From a virus (Duplodnaviria; Caudoviricetes), in the IMG/VR virus record IMGVR_UViG_2894787282_000001, positions 32,001-96,000 of that record: a DNA stretch of 64,000 bases; one strand, 5' to 3'. The notes below the pieces were generated by a model that worked only from the letters and a program-made list of their open reading frames with translations, made no database searches and was not told the DNA's origin. The position numbers were made by a program, and so were the translations under genes. Positions within the stretch are counted from its first letter, which is position 1. Every line of letters begins with the position of its first letter. Shown one piece after another: positions 19,251 to 29,332 of this stretch.

Positions 19251-19387
19251 AGTAGGCGCATTGGCATTGTCACGATGTAACGGGCAGATAGCCCCAACCT
19301 ATCCCACCAGCCCCCACAGTAGCGAAATTCAACGCCACTTCGCTCACTACTCTCATACACTCTAACGCCATCTTACGAAAGCGAACC

Positions 19388-20107
19388 ATGCCCTGGTCAT
19401 ACTCCAAGCTACTCGACTTCGAGCAATGCAAGCTGCGCTACAAATATAAACACATCGACCGTGTGCCCGAAGAAAAGAGTCCCGCAGCAGACCGTGGCAC
19501 AGCCATCCATACCTTGGCTGAGAAGTTCGTCGACGGTCGCTTGAAGAGCTTGCCCACCGAGCTGATGAAGTTCCAGAACGACTTCTGCGCTCTTCGCGAA
19601 CGGTACTCTAACGGACTCGTATCGAACGAGGGCGAATGGGGATTCGATCAGAACTGGCAACCCGCCGCCTACAAAACAGCGTGGCTTCGCATGAAGGCCG
19701 ACTCAGTGGCGTTCAACGAAAACCGCACTGAGGCCATTGTCATCGACTTCAAGACCGGCAAGAAGTGGGGCAACGAACTCAAGCATGGTGAACAAACACA
19801 GCTCTACTCGCTGGCCACAGCCATCCGCAACCCGACTGTCAAGAAGGTCACCGCAGAACTCTGGTATCTGGACAAAGACGAGCTGACCCCAGTCACGTAC
19901 ACCCGTGAGCAGGCCATCAACTTTGTCAAGAGCTTCGACAAACGCGCCAAGCGTATCGACCACGCACACAGCACCGGGATCTTCGAGCCTTCGCCCAACA
20001 TGGTGAGCTGTCAGTGGTGCCCCTACGGCCCGCAGAAGGGCAACCAGTGCCAACACGCCTACACCACCTCCATGACCATTGCTGACTACCGGAGAAAGTA
20101 CGCATGA
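19388..20107 (+). CDS. PD-(D/E)XK RecB/Cas4-like exonuclease
   Basis: WSYS.L..FEQC, RGT.IH, IVIDFKTGK, Q..LY, C.WCP. Confidence 0.82.
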   Translation: MPWSYSKLLDFEQCKLRYKYKHIDRVPEEKSPAADRGTAIHTLAEKFVDGRLKSLPTELMKFQNDFCALRERYSNGLVSNEGEWGFDQNWQPAAYKTAWLRMKADSVAFNENRTEAIVIDFKTGKKWGNELKHGEQTQLYSLATAIRNPTVKKVTAELWYLDKDELTPVTYTREQAINFVKSFDKRAKRIDHAHSTGIFEPSPNMVSCQWCPYGPQKGNQCQHAYTTSMTIADYRRKYA

Positions 20108-20445
20108 ACCTCGAAGACGTCAAACAACAGGCCATCTACGAGCTTCATCAGGAACATGCACGCCAGCAAATTGAAGCCCTCAAAGCACAGCTTCGCACGC
20201 GCAAAACCATTTGGCAGCGCCTCGCCGATCTCCTTCCCTTCACCCTAACCTGGAAAAAACCATGAACATCAAAGCCATCACCGCAACTCCTTCTGTCCGT
20301 GAACAAGCCGAGGCAGAAGTGCGCCAAGAGCAAGCCGCCAAAGCCAAAGAAAAGATGAAAGCCAAACTGCGTGACTTGGCTGCGGCACAAGCCGTGGTCA
20401 AGGGCATCGAAATCCAGATCGCTGACTTGGAACGGCAGATCGAAG

Positions 20446-21018
20446 ATGGCACTCTTTGAGCCACGCATTCTGAGTCGACCCTACAAAGTTCACTTTGCAG
20501 GATTCGAGTCCAGTACCTACAGGCTTCAACAAGCCGGGTGGCAAATTGCCGTTGAACAAGATTTTTACGGTGAGCGGATTAACCTCGCGTTACACCACCC
20601 AGTCTTGAAGCTCTCGATGCTGGCAAAACTACAAGATTTCTACTTCGCAGGGCAACCCAATCAATGGGTCGACCCACAGTCCGTGGGTCGACCACTTGAG
20701 TTCCACATCACACACTGCTCTTCAAACCTGGGCGTTCAAGTGCTAGCAAACTCATTCGACTTTAAGCCAATTGACGCTCGTCCACAGTTCGTCAACACGG
20801 AGTACAAAAACATTGAGGACTACGGCATCTTTGCAACGCCCTTGGTCCGCACAGAAGAAATTCTGATCGAACCCAGCTCGGTGGCTGAGTGCCTTGACCT
20901 GATCCGTAGGCTTCAGGCTCCAGACCTGGCTGACATCCGCCAGCGCAACCGCGCCGCCAACGACGCACCCATCGCCCGACAAACTTTCCACGCTCAGATT
21001 CTGAGCCTCGCAGCATGA
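20446..21018 (+). CDS. Hypothetical phage protein
   Basis: Coupled ORF in operon, preceded by two small coiled-coil ORFs (20104-20265, 20262-20459). Confidence 0.6.
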   Translation: MALFEPRILSRPYKVHFAGFESSTYRLQQAGWQIAVEQDFYGERINLALHHPVLKLSMLAKLQDFYFAGQPNQWVDPQSVGRPLEFHITHCSSNLGVQVLANSFDFKPIDARPQFVNTEYKNIEDYGIFATPLVRTEEILIEPSSVAECLDLIRRLQAPDLADIRQRNRAANDAPIARQTFHAQILSLAA

Positions 21019-21914
21019 CTACCAAACCCATCATTTTTTACCACGCCAACTGCGCCGACGGGTTCGGTGCTGCATACGCCGCCTGGAAACGCTTCGGCGA
21101 CGATGCGGAGTACGTCGCTGTTAAATACGGTGACATCAAAACGACCGACGACATTGACCTGCTCGGCCAGATCGAAGGGCGCAACGTCTACATCCTGGAC
21201 TTCAGCTTTCCGCACGACGTGATGGTTCACATCATGGCCGTTGCCAAGCACACCACCTGGCTGGATCACCACAAGACCTCCTTCGAGATGTGGGTGCCCG
21301 AAGAGCCGTTCACACCAACATCGTGCTATGTCCAGCAGGACGATGTGATGATCATCCTCCTGAACAACACACGCTCCGGCGCCTTGATTGCATGGAGCTA
21401 CTTCGTCGGGACAAACCCGCCGCTGGCAATCAGATTCATCGACGACTATGACCGCTGGCAATTCGCATTGCCCGACACCAAGCCATTCAACAAAGCGCTC
21501 TGGTCTTACGCACCCTGGAACTTCAAACAATGGGATGAGATCGTCAACGCAGACCCGGACAAATGCGACGCTTTCTTGGCTACCGGCGACGCCCTGCTCC
21601 GCGATCACTCGGCCCGAATCTCTAAGCACGTCGAACGCTCTCGCATGTGCTCCATCGCAGGCAAGCCGGGCCTGGCCATCAACGCACCAGGCTACGTCAG
21701 CAGCGACGCAGGTCATGATCTGGCCATCCAGAGCGGCACGTACGGCATGACCTACACCATCGACGAGCACCTCGTGGTTAAGGCCAGCTTGCGCAGCAAC
21801 GGCGACTACGACGTCAGCGCCCTGGCCAAGACCCTAGGTGGCGGCGGACATCGCAACGCCGCAGGCTTCGAGTGCACCGTACACCAACTGATGAACATCC
21901 TCACACCAGCATGA
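21015..21914 (+). CDS. DHH/DHHA1 phosphoesterase (NrnB-like)
   Basis: YH.NC.DG, ILDFS, LDHHKT, SLRS...DVS.LAK.LGGGGH.NAAGF. Confidence 0.87.
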   Translation: MTTKPIIFYHANCADGFGAAYAAWKRFGDDAEYVAVKYGDIKTTDDIDLLGQIEGRNVYILDFSFPHDVMVHIMAVAKHTTWLDHHKTSFEMWVPEEPFTPTSCYVQQDDVMIILLNNTRSGALIAWSYFVGTNPPLAIRFIDDYDRWQFALPDTKPFNKALWSYAPWNFKQWDEIVNADPDKCDAFLATGDALLRDHSARISKHVERSRMCSIAGKPGLAINAPGYVSSDAGHDLAIQSGTYGMTYTIDEHLVVKASLRSNGDYDVSALAKTLGGGGHRNAAGFECTVHQLMNILTPA

Positions 21915-22313
21915 AAGTCAACCCCACCTCGGCCACACACCTGTTTCCGATGAAGCCGGTCAAACGATACGCCAGTACCAAGGCACCGGGCACAGCGCTC
22001 TCTGTCCAGATCGGTATTCCGAAGGACGAGTACGACAGCAAAGACCTGCGTCCATTTGACGGCAGGCCAGGTGCGCTGGATTTTCTGAAATGTCCAAGCA
22101 GAGGGTTTTAGCCATGAGCACCTTCAATTTCAACATCCCTCACTGCCCGCGCTGCAACGGAGACATCGTAAATAACAAATGCCAGAACTGCAGATACGAA
22201 GGCAAAGGCGAAATCGTAAAGCCGTTCACTTCCCAAGCCGCGTACGAACGTGAAGCGTACAAAGACCGCAACAACGGCGACTACGACAGAACGTACTATG
22301 GGGATGAACTCTA

Positions 22314-23693
22314 ATGGCCTCGCATAAACCACCCCCGCTCTTCAAGCATCAAGGCCAAACCAAGAAAGCGCTCAAAAATGCACACCGATTCTTTGACCAA
22401 AGCGAGCCCGGCACGGGGAAAACCCGTGTCGAGGTCGAAGACTTCGCAGAGCGCCGCGCCCGTGGTGGCAAGCCAGCCATCGTCCTGGCCACCCGCTCCA
22501 CGATGGACTCGGCCTGGGGCGACGACTTCAAAAAGTACGCCCCAGACCTCAAAGTCGCTGTGGCCTACGCGAACAATCGAGAGAAAGCCTTCGCCTCGGG
22601 CGCAGATGTTTACATCACGAATCACGATGCGGTGAACTGGCTAGCCAAGCAGAAGGCACCGTTCTGGAAAAAGTTCGAGGGTGGCACACTGGTCGTCGAC
22701 GAGAGCACTGCCTTCAAGCACAACACAAGCATGCGTTCAAAGAACGCAGCCAAGATCATCAAGCGCTTCGAGTGGCGGCGCATGATGAGTGGCCTGGCTG
22801 ACCCCAACGGCATCCTTGACCTCTGGCACCAGTATTTCCTGCTCGACGAAGGCAAGCGCCTGGGCAAGAGCTTCTTCGGGTTTCGCAGCGCCGTCTGCAC
22901 ACCACAGCAGGTCGGCCCGATGCCCAACATGGTCAAGTGGGTCGAAAAAGAAGGCATCGCCAACATCGTCGCCGCCCTGGTCAAAGACATCACCATCAAG
23001 CACCTGTTCGAAGAGTGTGTCGACATTCCACCCAACCACGAATACACCCGCGCCGTCACGCTAGGGACCAAACATGCGAAGCACTACACCGAGATGGCTG
23101 AGGACATGGTCACGATGGCTAAGGGTCAAGTCCTGTCAGCTGTCAACAAAGCGGTGCTTTGTATCAAGCTGCTACAAATTGCATCGGGCGCGGTGTACAA
23201 CAGCGAAGAGACCGGCTATACGCGCTTCGATACTGACCGCTATGAGCTTGTGCTCGATCTGGTTCAGGAGTGCGAGCATAGCGTCGTGTTTTTCCAGTGG
23301 GAGCACCAGCGCGACGAACTCGTCAAAGAAGCCGAACGACGTGGCCTGAACTTCGCTGTCTACGACGGCAAAACAACGGACAAAGAACGCAAGGCGATCA
23401 CCGAGGACTTCCAGAAGGGCGCCTACGACTGCATCTTCGCCCACCCCAAAAGTGCGGCGCACGGGCTCACCTGGGTCAAGGGTACACGCACCATCTGGGC
23501 GTCGCCTTCATCAAATTTGGAGTGGTACAGGCAAGGCTTAAAGCGTATCTATCGCATTGGCCAAACGCAGAAAACCGAAACCATCACCATCATTGCAGCA
23601 GGAACTTACGACGAAGTCGAGTGGGAGCGCCTGACAGGCAAGTGCCTTCGCTCAGATGAGTTCACTCAGAAGCTGAAGGAATTTCTTTCATGA
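22314..23693 (+). CDS. SNF2-family helicase
   Basis: PGTGKT, VVDES, HPKSAAHGLT, Q...RIYRIGQ. Confidence 0.88.
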   Translation: MASHKPPPLFKHQGQTKKALKNAHRFFDQSEPGTGKTRVEVEDFAERRARGGKPAIVLATRSTMDSAWGDDFKKYAPDLKVAVAYANNREKAFASGADVYITNHDAVNWLAKQKAPFWKKFEGGTLVVDESTAFKHNTSMRSKNAAKIIKRFEWRRMMSGLADPNGILDLWHQYFLLDEGKRLGKSFFGFRSAVCTPQQVGPMPNMVKWVEKEGIANIVAALVKDITIKHLFEECVDIPPNHEYTRAVTLGTKHAKHYTEMAEDMVTMAKGQVLSAVNKAVLCIKLLQIASGAVYNSEETGYTRFDTDRYELVLDLVQECEHSVVFFQWEHQRDELVKEAERRGLNFAVYDGKTTDKERKAITEDFQKGAYDCIFAHPKSAAHGLTWVKGTRTIWASPSSNLEWYRQGLKRIYRIGQTQKTETITIIAAGTYDEVEWERLTGKCLRSDEFTQKLKEFLS

Positions 23694-24193
23694 GCGCCCC
23701 GCACACTCCTGAATCCTTCTGGGCGAACGTCAAAAAGCAACCGTCAGGCTGCTGGGAGTGGCAAGGCTGTACAAACGTTCCGAATGGCTACGGACTTGTC
23801 AGGTGGGACAGAAAGCAACGAGTCACACATCGAGTCGCAGCTTTCATAAGCGGCATGATTGTGGACGTCAAAGCGCCACCAAATAAGCAAGACAAAACGC
23901 ACGTCCTACACACATGCGACAACAAACTTTGCTGTAACCCAGATCATTTATATCTGGGTTCCTATTCAGACAACCTGCGCCACGCTTACAAAACAGGACT
24001 GAAGAAGCCAGCCTGCGGAGAGCATGCAAACTCAAAATTAACTGCCTTAAAAGTGCGCCAGATATTCACAAAACGCCGCCAAGGACAGCCCCGTGCATCG
24101 GTTGCAAACCAATTTGGTATCTCAAAAGCAATGGTAGACAAGATTGCTCAAGGAAACGCTTGGAAACACATCACAAAGGAGTTTTTAGCATGA
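23690..24193 (+). CDS. HNH homing endonuclease
   Basis: GCWEWQG, HR, VLHTCDN..CCNPDHL.LG...DN; C-terminal HTH. Confidence 0.85.
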   Translation: MSAPHTPESFWANVKKQPSGCWEWQGCTNVPNGYGLVRWDRKQRVTHRVAAFISGMIVDVKAPPNKQDKTHVLHTCDNKLCCNPDHLYLGSYSDNLRHAYKTGLKKPACGEHANSKLTALKVRQIFTKRRQGQPRASVANQFGISKAMVDKIAQGNAWKHITKEFLA

Positions 24194-24395
24194 CTACAAA
24201 AGTTACTCGTCAAGACCCAGTGAACCTTATCCGAGACCGCCTCGTCACCCGTCTCTCCAAGCGCGGCACAGTGCGCGACGACCTCTGGATGAAGAATGTT
24301 TGGGCTGACTTCAGCCACATGGTCGCAGTGTTCCACATGCAAAGCGCTGTGAACAACATCGCAGAACATCTTCCTGTCGAACTGAAAAGAGCGGC

Positions 24396-24740
24396 ATGAA
24401 CATCACCTTCGACCCTGCCGCCACAGGTGCAGATAAAACCGTCATCACTACATGGCTTCGCAGACCTGCGATCCTCAATCGCCCACACCTCAGCCCAGAC
24501 TCAATCATCGCGGTAGGTTTTGGCTCAGCCTTCTGTACTAAAGACCTTGAACTCATCTGCGACGAGCAAGACGTGCCGGAAGGAGATGAGTACAGAACCT
24601 GCGCTGACATCGAACTGCTGGCAGCTGCTGACCCGGACCATGACTGGCAGATCAATTACCACGCACCGCTGTACGACGCTGTCTATCAACGCCAAGACGG
24701 CTTCTGGGTGCTGATCGAAGAAGGGCGAGGTTTTGCATGA
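24396..24740 (+). CDS. Hypothetical phage protein
   Basis: Coupled ORF; YQRQ...WVLIE.G.GFA end. Confidence 0.6.
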   Translation: MNITFDPAATGADKTVITTWLRRPAILNRPHLSPDSIIAVGFGSAFCTKDLELICDEQDVPEGDEYRTCADIELLAAADPDHDWQINYHAPLYDAVYQRQDGFWVLIEEGRGFA

Positions 24741-25840
24741 ATAACCAGCACATCATCTTCGACTGCGAAATCATCGGCAAAGACAAGCCGGTCTTCCTGG
24801 TCCGCACGCTGAACGTCGAGACGCGCGAGCGCTGCGAGTTTTGGTATCACAAGCGCGGCCACATGAACAAGCTGGCGCGCATGCTGGCCACCCCGGACTA
24901 CACCTGGGTGGGGTTCAACAGCGAGAACTTCGACCGGCCTCTGATCGCCATGGCCATGGACCCGGAGTACGACGTGCACGGTATCAAAGAGCTGGCCACG
25001 ATCATCATCGAAGAACGGCTGCGCTCCTGGCAGACCTACAAGCAGTTCAACCTGGAGTTCATCGACTACGACCACATCGACCTGTTTGAAGTCATGCCTG
25101 GTGTGATGATCAGTCTGAAGACCTACGCCGGGCGCATGGGTTACAAGACCATGGTCGACCTGCCCTTCCACCACGACACCGACCTGACCCCAGCCCAGCA
25201 GAAGGTGCTCAGCACCTACTGCGACAACGATCTGGGTGTCACCGAAGCGGCGTTTCTGAGCCAGAAGACCGAGCTGGAGCTGCGTGCCGAGATGAGTGAA
25301 GAGTACGGCATCGACCTGCGCTCCAAGAGCGACGCCCAGATCGCCGAGGCCATCCTCAAGAAGCGCGTGGGCATCGGTGCTGGCTCCAAGCATGTACCGC
25401 ACAGTGTCGATTACGAGGCCCCTGACTTCATCGTCACAGACAGCCCTGTCATCAACGAGCTGGCCGACCTGCTCAGCCGCTTCCCCTTCGTGCTCAACCG
25501 TGGCAACGGCAGTCCGACGGCACCCAAGTTCCTCGACGAGCCAGTCGTCATCGGCAGTGGCACCTACCAGTGCGGCGTGGGTGGGTTACACAGCACCCAC
25601 GACAAAGCTATGTACCTCGAAGCCTCTGACGACTTGCTGCTCAGTGACTTTGACGTGGCCAGCTACTACCCCAACATCATGCTCAAGGCGGGCCTGGCTC
25701 CAAAGCTCGGTGGCAACAAGGGCAACAAGTTTCTCGAAGAGTACCGACACATCTACGAGACACGCATTGCGGCAAAGCGACGCGCTCAACAACTATCTGC
25801 TGAGATCAAAGTGATTGAGGCCCAGTTGGCAAATGGCTAA
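24737..25840 (+). CDS. DNA polymerase family B, N-terminal fragment (3'-5' exonuclease, motif A, first fingers helix)
   Basis: FDCE ExoI, GFNSENFD ExoII, YCDND ExoIII, GGLHS, DFDVASYYP; stops shortly after RIAAKR. Confidence 0.87.
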   Translation: MNNQHIIFDCEIIGKDKPVFLVRTLNVETRERCEFWYHKRGHMNKLARMLATPDYTWVGFNSENFDRPLIAMAMDPEYDVHGIKELATIIIEERLRSWQTYKQFNLEFIDYDHIDLFEVMPGVMISLKTYAGRMGYKTMVDLPFHHDTDLTPAQQKVLSTYCDNDLGVTEAAFLSQKTELELRAEMSEEYGIDLRSKSDAQIAEAILKKRVGIGAGSKHVPHSVDYEAPDFIVTDSPVINELADLLSRFPFVLNRGNGSPTAPKFLDEPVVIGSGTYQCGVGGLHSTHDKAMYLEASDDLLLSDFDVASYYPNIMLKAGLAPKLGGNKGNKFLEEYRHIYETRIAAKRRAQQLSAEIKVIEAQLANG

Positions 25841-26321
25841 TCGAACGTATCACGAGCGAGGAAAACTAATCCAAGGTTTTCCTTGCAAAAAGCACCCGCT
25901 CTATAACACCTGGGTGCTGATGCGTCAACGCTGCGACAACCCGAATAATCCAGCGTACCGTCATTACGGTGGCCGAGGGATCACAGTTTGCGAACGCTGG
26001 CAATCTTTTGAGAACTTCGCGCTGGACATGGGGATGAAGCCCTCGCAAAAGCATTCTCTTGAGCGCGAAGACAACGACAAGGGTTACTCGCCCGAGAACT
26101 GCAAATGGGAAACCGTTGAAGCACAACGGCTTAACCGACGTTGCTTTGTGACCAGCGAAAGCGGTCACACCGGAGTTCGCCAAATCAAACCCGGTTGCTT
26201 TCAAGCAATGGTTCATATCAACAAAGTGAGATATATCCTTGGAAAATTCAAAACCATCGAAGAAGCTGTCGCAGCAAGAACGAACTTCATTGCAAACAAA
26301 GCTGGAAAAGCTCAAAACTGA
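25833..26321 (+). CDS. HNH endonuclease with AP2-like C-terminal domain, interrupting the polymerase
   Basis: W..MRQRC.NP....Y..YGGRGI.VC.RW..FENF..DMG...SLER.DN..GY.PENC.W; SG.TGV...LGKF.T.EEA..AR. Confidence 0.87.
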   Translation: MANRTYHERGKLIQGFPCKKHPLYNTWVLMRQRCDNPNNPAYRHYGGRGITVCERWQSFENFALDMGMKPSQKHSLEREDNDKGYSPENCKWETVEAQRLNRRCFVTSESGHTGVRQIKPGCFQAMVHINKVRYILGKFKTIEEAVAARTNFIANKAGKAQN

Positions 26322-27228
26322 GCGACGCAAAAACCTTCAAGTTGCAAACGCGCTTAAGATTTGCCTTAACGGCACGTTCGGCAAACTAGGCAGCATTTAC
26401 TGCAGCTTCTATGCGCCTGAACTGATGCTCGCTGTGACGCTGACAGGCCAGCTCAACTTGTTGTGCCTCATCCACGAGCTGGAGAAGATCAAAGGTTGTA
26501 ATGTCAAGTCGGCCAACACCGACGGCCTACTTGTTGCCTACAAACCTAATGTTCGTGAGCGTGTGCTGAAAGTCTTTGCTAAAAACGCAAAGCACACGGG
26601 TTTCGAGTACGAAGAAACTCCGTACGCCAAGTACGCAGCCAAGGACGTAAACAACTTTATCGCTCTCAAGACCGACGGCAAAGTCAAGTCCAAGGGGCTA
26701 TACACCCTGAATGACCCCAAAGATAATCCGCTGTACCTGATGAAGAACCCGACGATGGACGTGTGCACACGCATGGTCATCGACTATCTCAAGTGCGGCA
26801 CACGCCCTGAGTCCAGCATCCTTGGTTACACCGACATGAAGGACTTCGTGGCCATCCGCAACGTCCAGGGCGGCGGCATCCAGTACACCGGGTACAAAAA
26901 GGTGGACGACTGGGTCGAGACCGCGCCGGGCAACTGGCGTCGTCCTGACTGGCCCAGCCTGAAAGCCTCGGTACGTCGCAAGTCGCGCCCCGCTCCGGTG
27001 GATGTCGGTGTCGGTGGTGAGCCCTTTGGGCGTGTCGCACGCTGGTACATGACGACGGCTGACCTGCCCCCGCTCACGTACCTCAGCTCGGGCAACCAGG
27101 TGCCCAAGACTGAAGGCGCTCGCATCTGCATGACGCTGCCCGACAAGCTGCCCAAGGACTTGAACAAACAGTGGTACGTCGACGAGGCGTACGCAATCTT
27201 GGAGTCAATCGGCGTGAAGGCGCGATAG
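26239..27228 (+). CDS. DNA polymerase family B, C-terminal fragment (motifs B, C, thumb)
   Basis: LKICLNGTFGKLG, TLTGQL, SANTDG, DVNNFIA, KSKG; TTG start uncertain. Confidence 0.85.
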   Translation: MENSKPSKKLSQQERTSLQTKLEKLKTERRKNLQVANALKICLNGTFGKLGSIYCSFYAPELMLAVTLTGQLNLLCLIHELEKIKGCNVKSANTDGLLVAYKPNVRERVLKVFAKNAKHTGFEYEETPYAKYAAKDVNNFIALKTDGKVKSKGLYTLNDPKDNPLYLMKNPTMDVCTRMVIDYLKCGTRPESSILGYTDMKDFVAIRNVQGGGIQYTGYKKVDDWVETAPGNWRRPDWPSLKASVRRKSRPAPVDVGVGGEPFGRVARWYMTTADLPPLTYLSSGNQVPKTEGARICMTLPDKLPKDLNKQWYVDEAYAILESIGVKAR

Positions 27229-27291
27229 CTTTTTTCAATCACTGTAATCTAACGCAATCTGATATTCTCTCAAACCCAAAGGACGCAAACC

Positions 27292-27699
27292 ATGGCAACC
27301 GTATCTGCTCTGCGAAAACCCAAAGTCACCGTCGGCAGTCTCATCGACCAGCTCCACACCATACGCTCCCAGAAGCGCGAGCTGGCAGTCCGTGAGAAAG
27401 AACTTACCACCGAATACGAAGCCACTGAGCAGCAGCTCATGGCCCTGATGGACGCCGAGGGCGTGACCAAGTCCACTGGCAAGACAGCCACCGCCTCGCT
27501 CTCCACGGTGCAGACATTCAACTTCATCCCCGAAACTGGCTTCGACGCCTTCTTCGCCTACGCGGCCAAGATCAAGCGTCCCGACCTGCTGCAGCGGCGC
27601 ATCTCGGTGCCCGCCGTGCGCGAGCTGTGGAGCATGAAAGGCGCCGTCCCCGGCCTCGTCCCATTTGAAGAAAAGAAGATTGGCCTGCGCGATCTCTGA
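27292..27699 (+). CDS. Hypothetical coiled-coil replication-module protein
   Basis: AAGGA RBS; VPG motif near C-terminus. Confidence 0.6.
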   Translation: MATVSALRKPKVTVGSLIDQLHTIRSQKRELAVREKELTTEYEATEQQLMALMDAEGVTKSTGKTATASLSTVQTFNFIPETGFDAFFAYAAKIKRPDLLQRRISVPAVRELWSMKGAVPGLVPFEEKKIGLRDL

Positions 27700-27763
27700 T
27701 CCTCAACTCTAAGCGAATCGAAGCGAACCAACGACACTCTTCAACAACCTTGCAAGGAAAACC

Positions 27764-28570
27764 ATGGTAACCAAAGCAACCCCCAAGAAAACCACCTCTG
27801 CCTTCGACGCTACCAAGCCCGTCGGCACTGCGCTGGTCAAAGCGAAAGTCAATCTCCCCGCGAACATCCAGGAGCAGTTCGCTGCTGAAGTGGCCGCACT
27901 GCAAAAGCGCATCGCTGCGCCGAGCGGTGACCGCATCACAGTGACCCAAGGCCGCACCCTCAAGCTGCCCAACGGCCTGGAGGTCGATGAAATCGAGTGC
28001 GTCATCGTCGACTTCGTCGCAGCCAACTTCTACTACTCGTCGGACTTCGACCGCCAGAACATCGTGCCACCAGACTGTTTCGCCATCGGTATGGAGCCTG
28101 CGGGCCTCGTGCCTTCGGACAACAGCCCTGACAAGCAGTGTGCTGCGTGCGCCGGATGCTGGGCGAACCAGTTCAAGTCAGCCAAGAACGGTCGTGGCAA
28201 AGCGTGCTCCAACACGCGGCTGCTGGCGGTGCTCCCGCTGGACGCCGACGCCGAGTCGCAGATCATGATTCTGAAGGTGTCCAGCACCGGACTCAAGAGC
28301 TTCGACGGTCATGTGGCGAACGTGGTCAGCAAGTACGGCGTGCCAATCCGTGGTGTCACCACCCGTGTGACGATGAGCGACGAAGAATACGCCTCGCTGC
28401 GTTTCTCTGTCATCGAGAAGCTGTCCCCCAAAGACCCGCTGCTCGCCATCGCGCAAAGCCTCAAAGAAACCGCGCTCACACGACTGCAGACTGAGCCCGA
28501 CGTGACTGCGGCCACCGCCGAACCTGCACCGGCTCGCCGGGCGCCAGCCAAGAAGGCTGTGCGCCGCTAA
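27764..28570 (+). CDS. Putative ssDNA-binding/annealing protein with Cys cluster
   Basis: PDCFA...C..C..NQF.S...GKACSN.R.LA; location in replication module. Confidence 0.5.
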   Translation: MVTKATPKKTTSAFDATKPVGTALVKAKVNLPANIQEQFAAEVAALQKRIAAPSGDRITVTQGRTLKLPNGLEVDEIECVIVDFVAANFYYSSDFDRQNIVPPDCFAIGMEPAGLVPSDNSPDKQCAACAGCWANQFKSAKNGRGKACSNTRLLAVLPLDADAESQIMILKVSSTGLKSFDGHVANVVSKYGVPIRGVTTRVTMSDEEYASLRFSVIEKLSPKDPLLAIAQSLKETALTRLQTEPDVTAATAEPAPARRAPAKKAVRR

Positions 28571-28648
28571 AAGTTTCGATTCTCGAATGGCAGGCCGGAA
28601 AGACGGCCATCTCGTTTCTTTTTCACAACAACCTGGAGTATTTTTATC

Positions 28649-28891
28649 ATGGCACGTTCCCCATCCGCAGTTCTCTCTCCCGCTGACCGCAAAGCCGCTC
28701 TGGCCAACGCCAAGGTCGCTGCAAAAACTGCTGCAGCCGCAGTGAGCGCCAGCGAAAAAGCCGCAGTCGCAGCCGCCAAGTCGTACGCCAAGGCTCAGGC
28801 CGCAGCCGACAAGGAATTGATCAAGCTCAAGAAAGAAGCTGACAAAGCCAAGGCTGCTCTGGACGCGCTGGCACCCACAGCTGCAGTCTGA
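28649..28891 (+). CDS. Small Ala/Lys-rich (histone-like) protein
   Basis: GGAG RBS; composition. Confidence 0.55.
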   Translation: MARSPSAVLSPADRKAALANAKVAAKTAAAAVSASEKAAVAAAKSYAKAQAAADKELIKLKKEADKAKAALDALAPTAAV

Positions 28892-28990
28892 TCTGATCTA
28901 ATCTGATCAAGGGTCGCCTCTCAACGAGGCGGCTCTGTTGAGAGCACAACGTGCTCTCAACAGAGTTTCGATTAACCCAAAGGAGTGAAG

Positions 28991-29332
28991 ATGAACTGCG
29001 CTGTTACGCAAGCCAAAGAACAACCCGAATGGATCAAAGACAAAACTGCACCGCCTTGCGAACCGACAGCGCCAGCCTTGCTCATCAAAGCCGCCAGCAT
29101 TATGCAAGCACGCGCGGCGACCTACGACAAACCAGAAGGTGAACGCTCGATGGCGGCTACAGTGACGGCGTTCAACGCTGTCACCGGGCACACCCTCACC
29201 GAATCGCATGGGTGGCTGCTCATGATTTTACTCAAAGCCGTGCGCGACAATCAGCGGGCCGAACCACACGTCGACTCTGTTGAAGACCTCGTCGCCTACG
29301 CCAGCCTTTATGGCGAAGCCCGCCTTAAATGA
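28991..29332 (+). CDS. DUF6378-like protein
   Basis: R...YD...ERSM...FN..TG..L....GW..M.LLK..R...DS.ED..AY. Confidence 0.65.
   Translation: MNCAVTQAKEQPEWIKDKTAPPCEPTAPALLIKAASIMQARAATYDKPEGERSMAATVTAFNAVTGHTLTESHGWLLMILLKAVRDNQRAEPHVDSVEDLVAYASLYGEARLK

Noticed and set aside
19388-20107. Cas4 as evidence for a CRISPR-Cas system
   Set aside because: No array or other cas genes; it is a typical stand-alone phage exonuclease in a replication module.
25833-26321. Group I intron or intein interrupting the DNA polymerase
   Set aside because: The endonuclease ORF overlaps both polymerase halves, leaving no space for a ribozyme core. There are no Cys/Ser...HN motifs, and the halves are in different frames.
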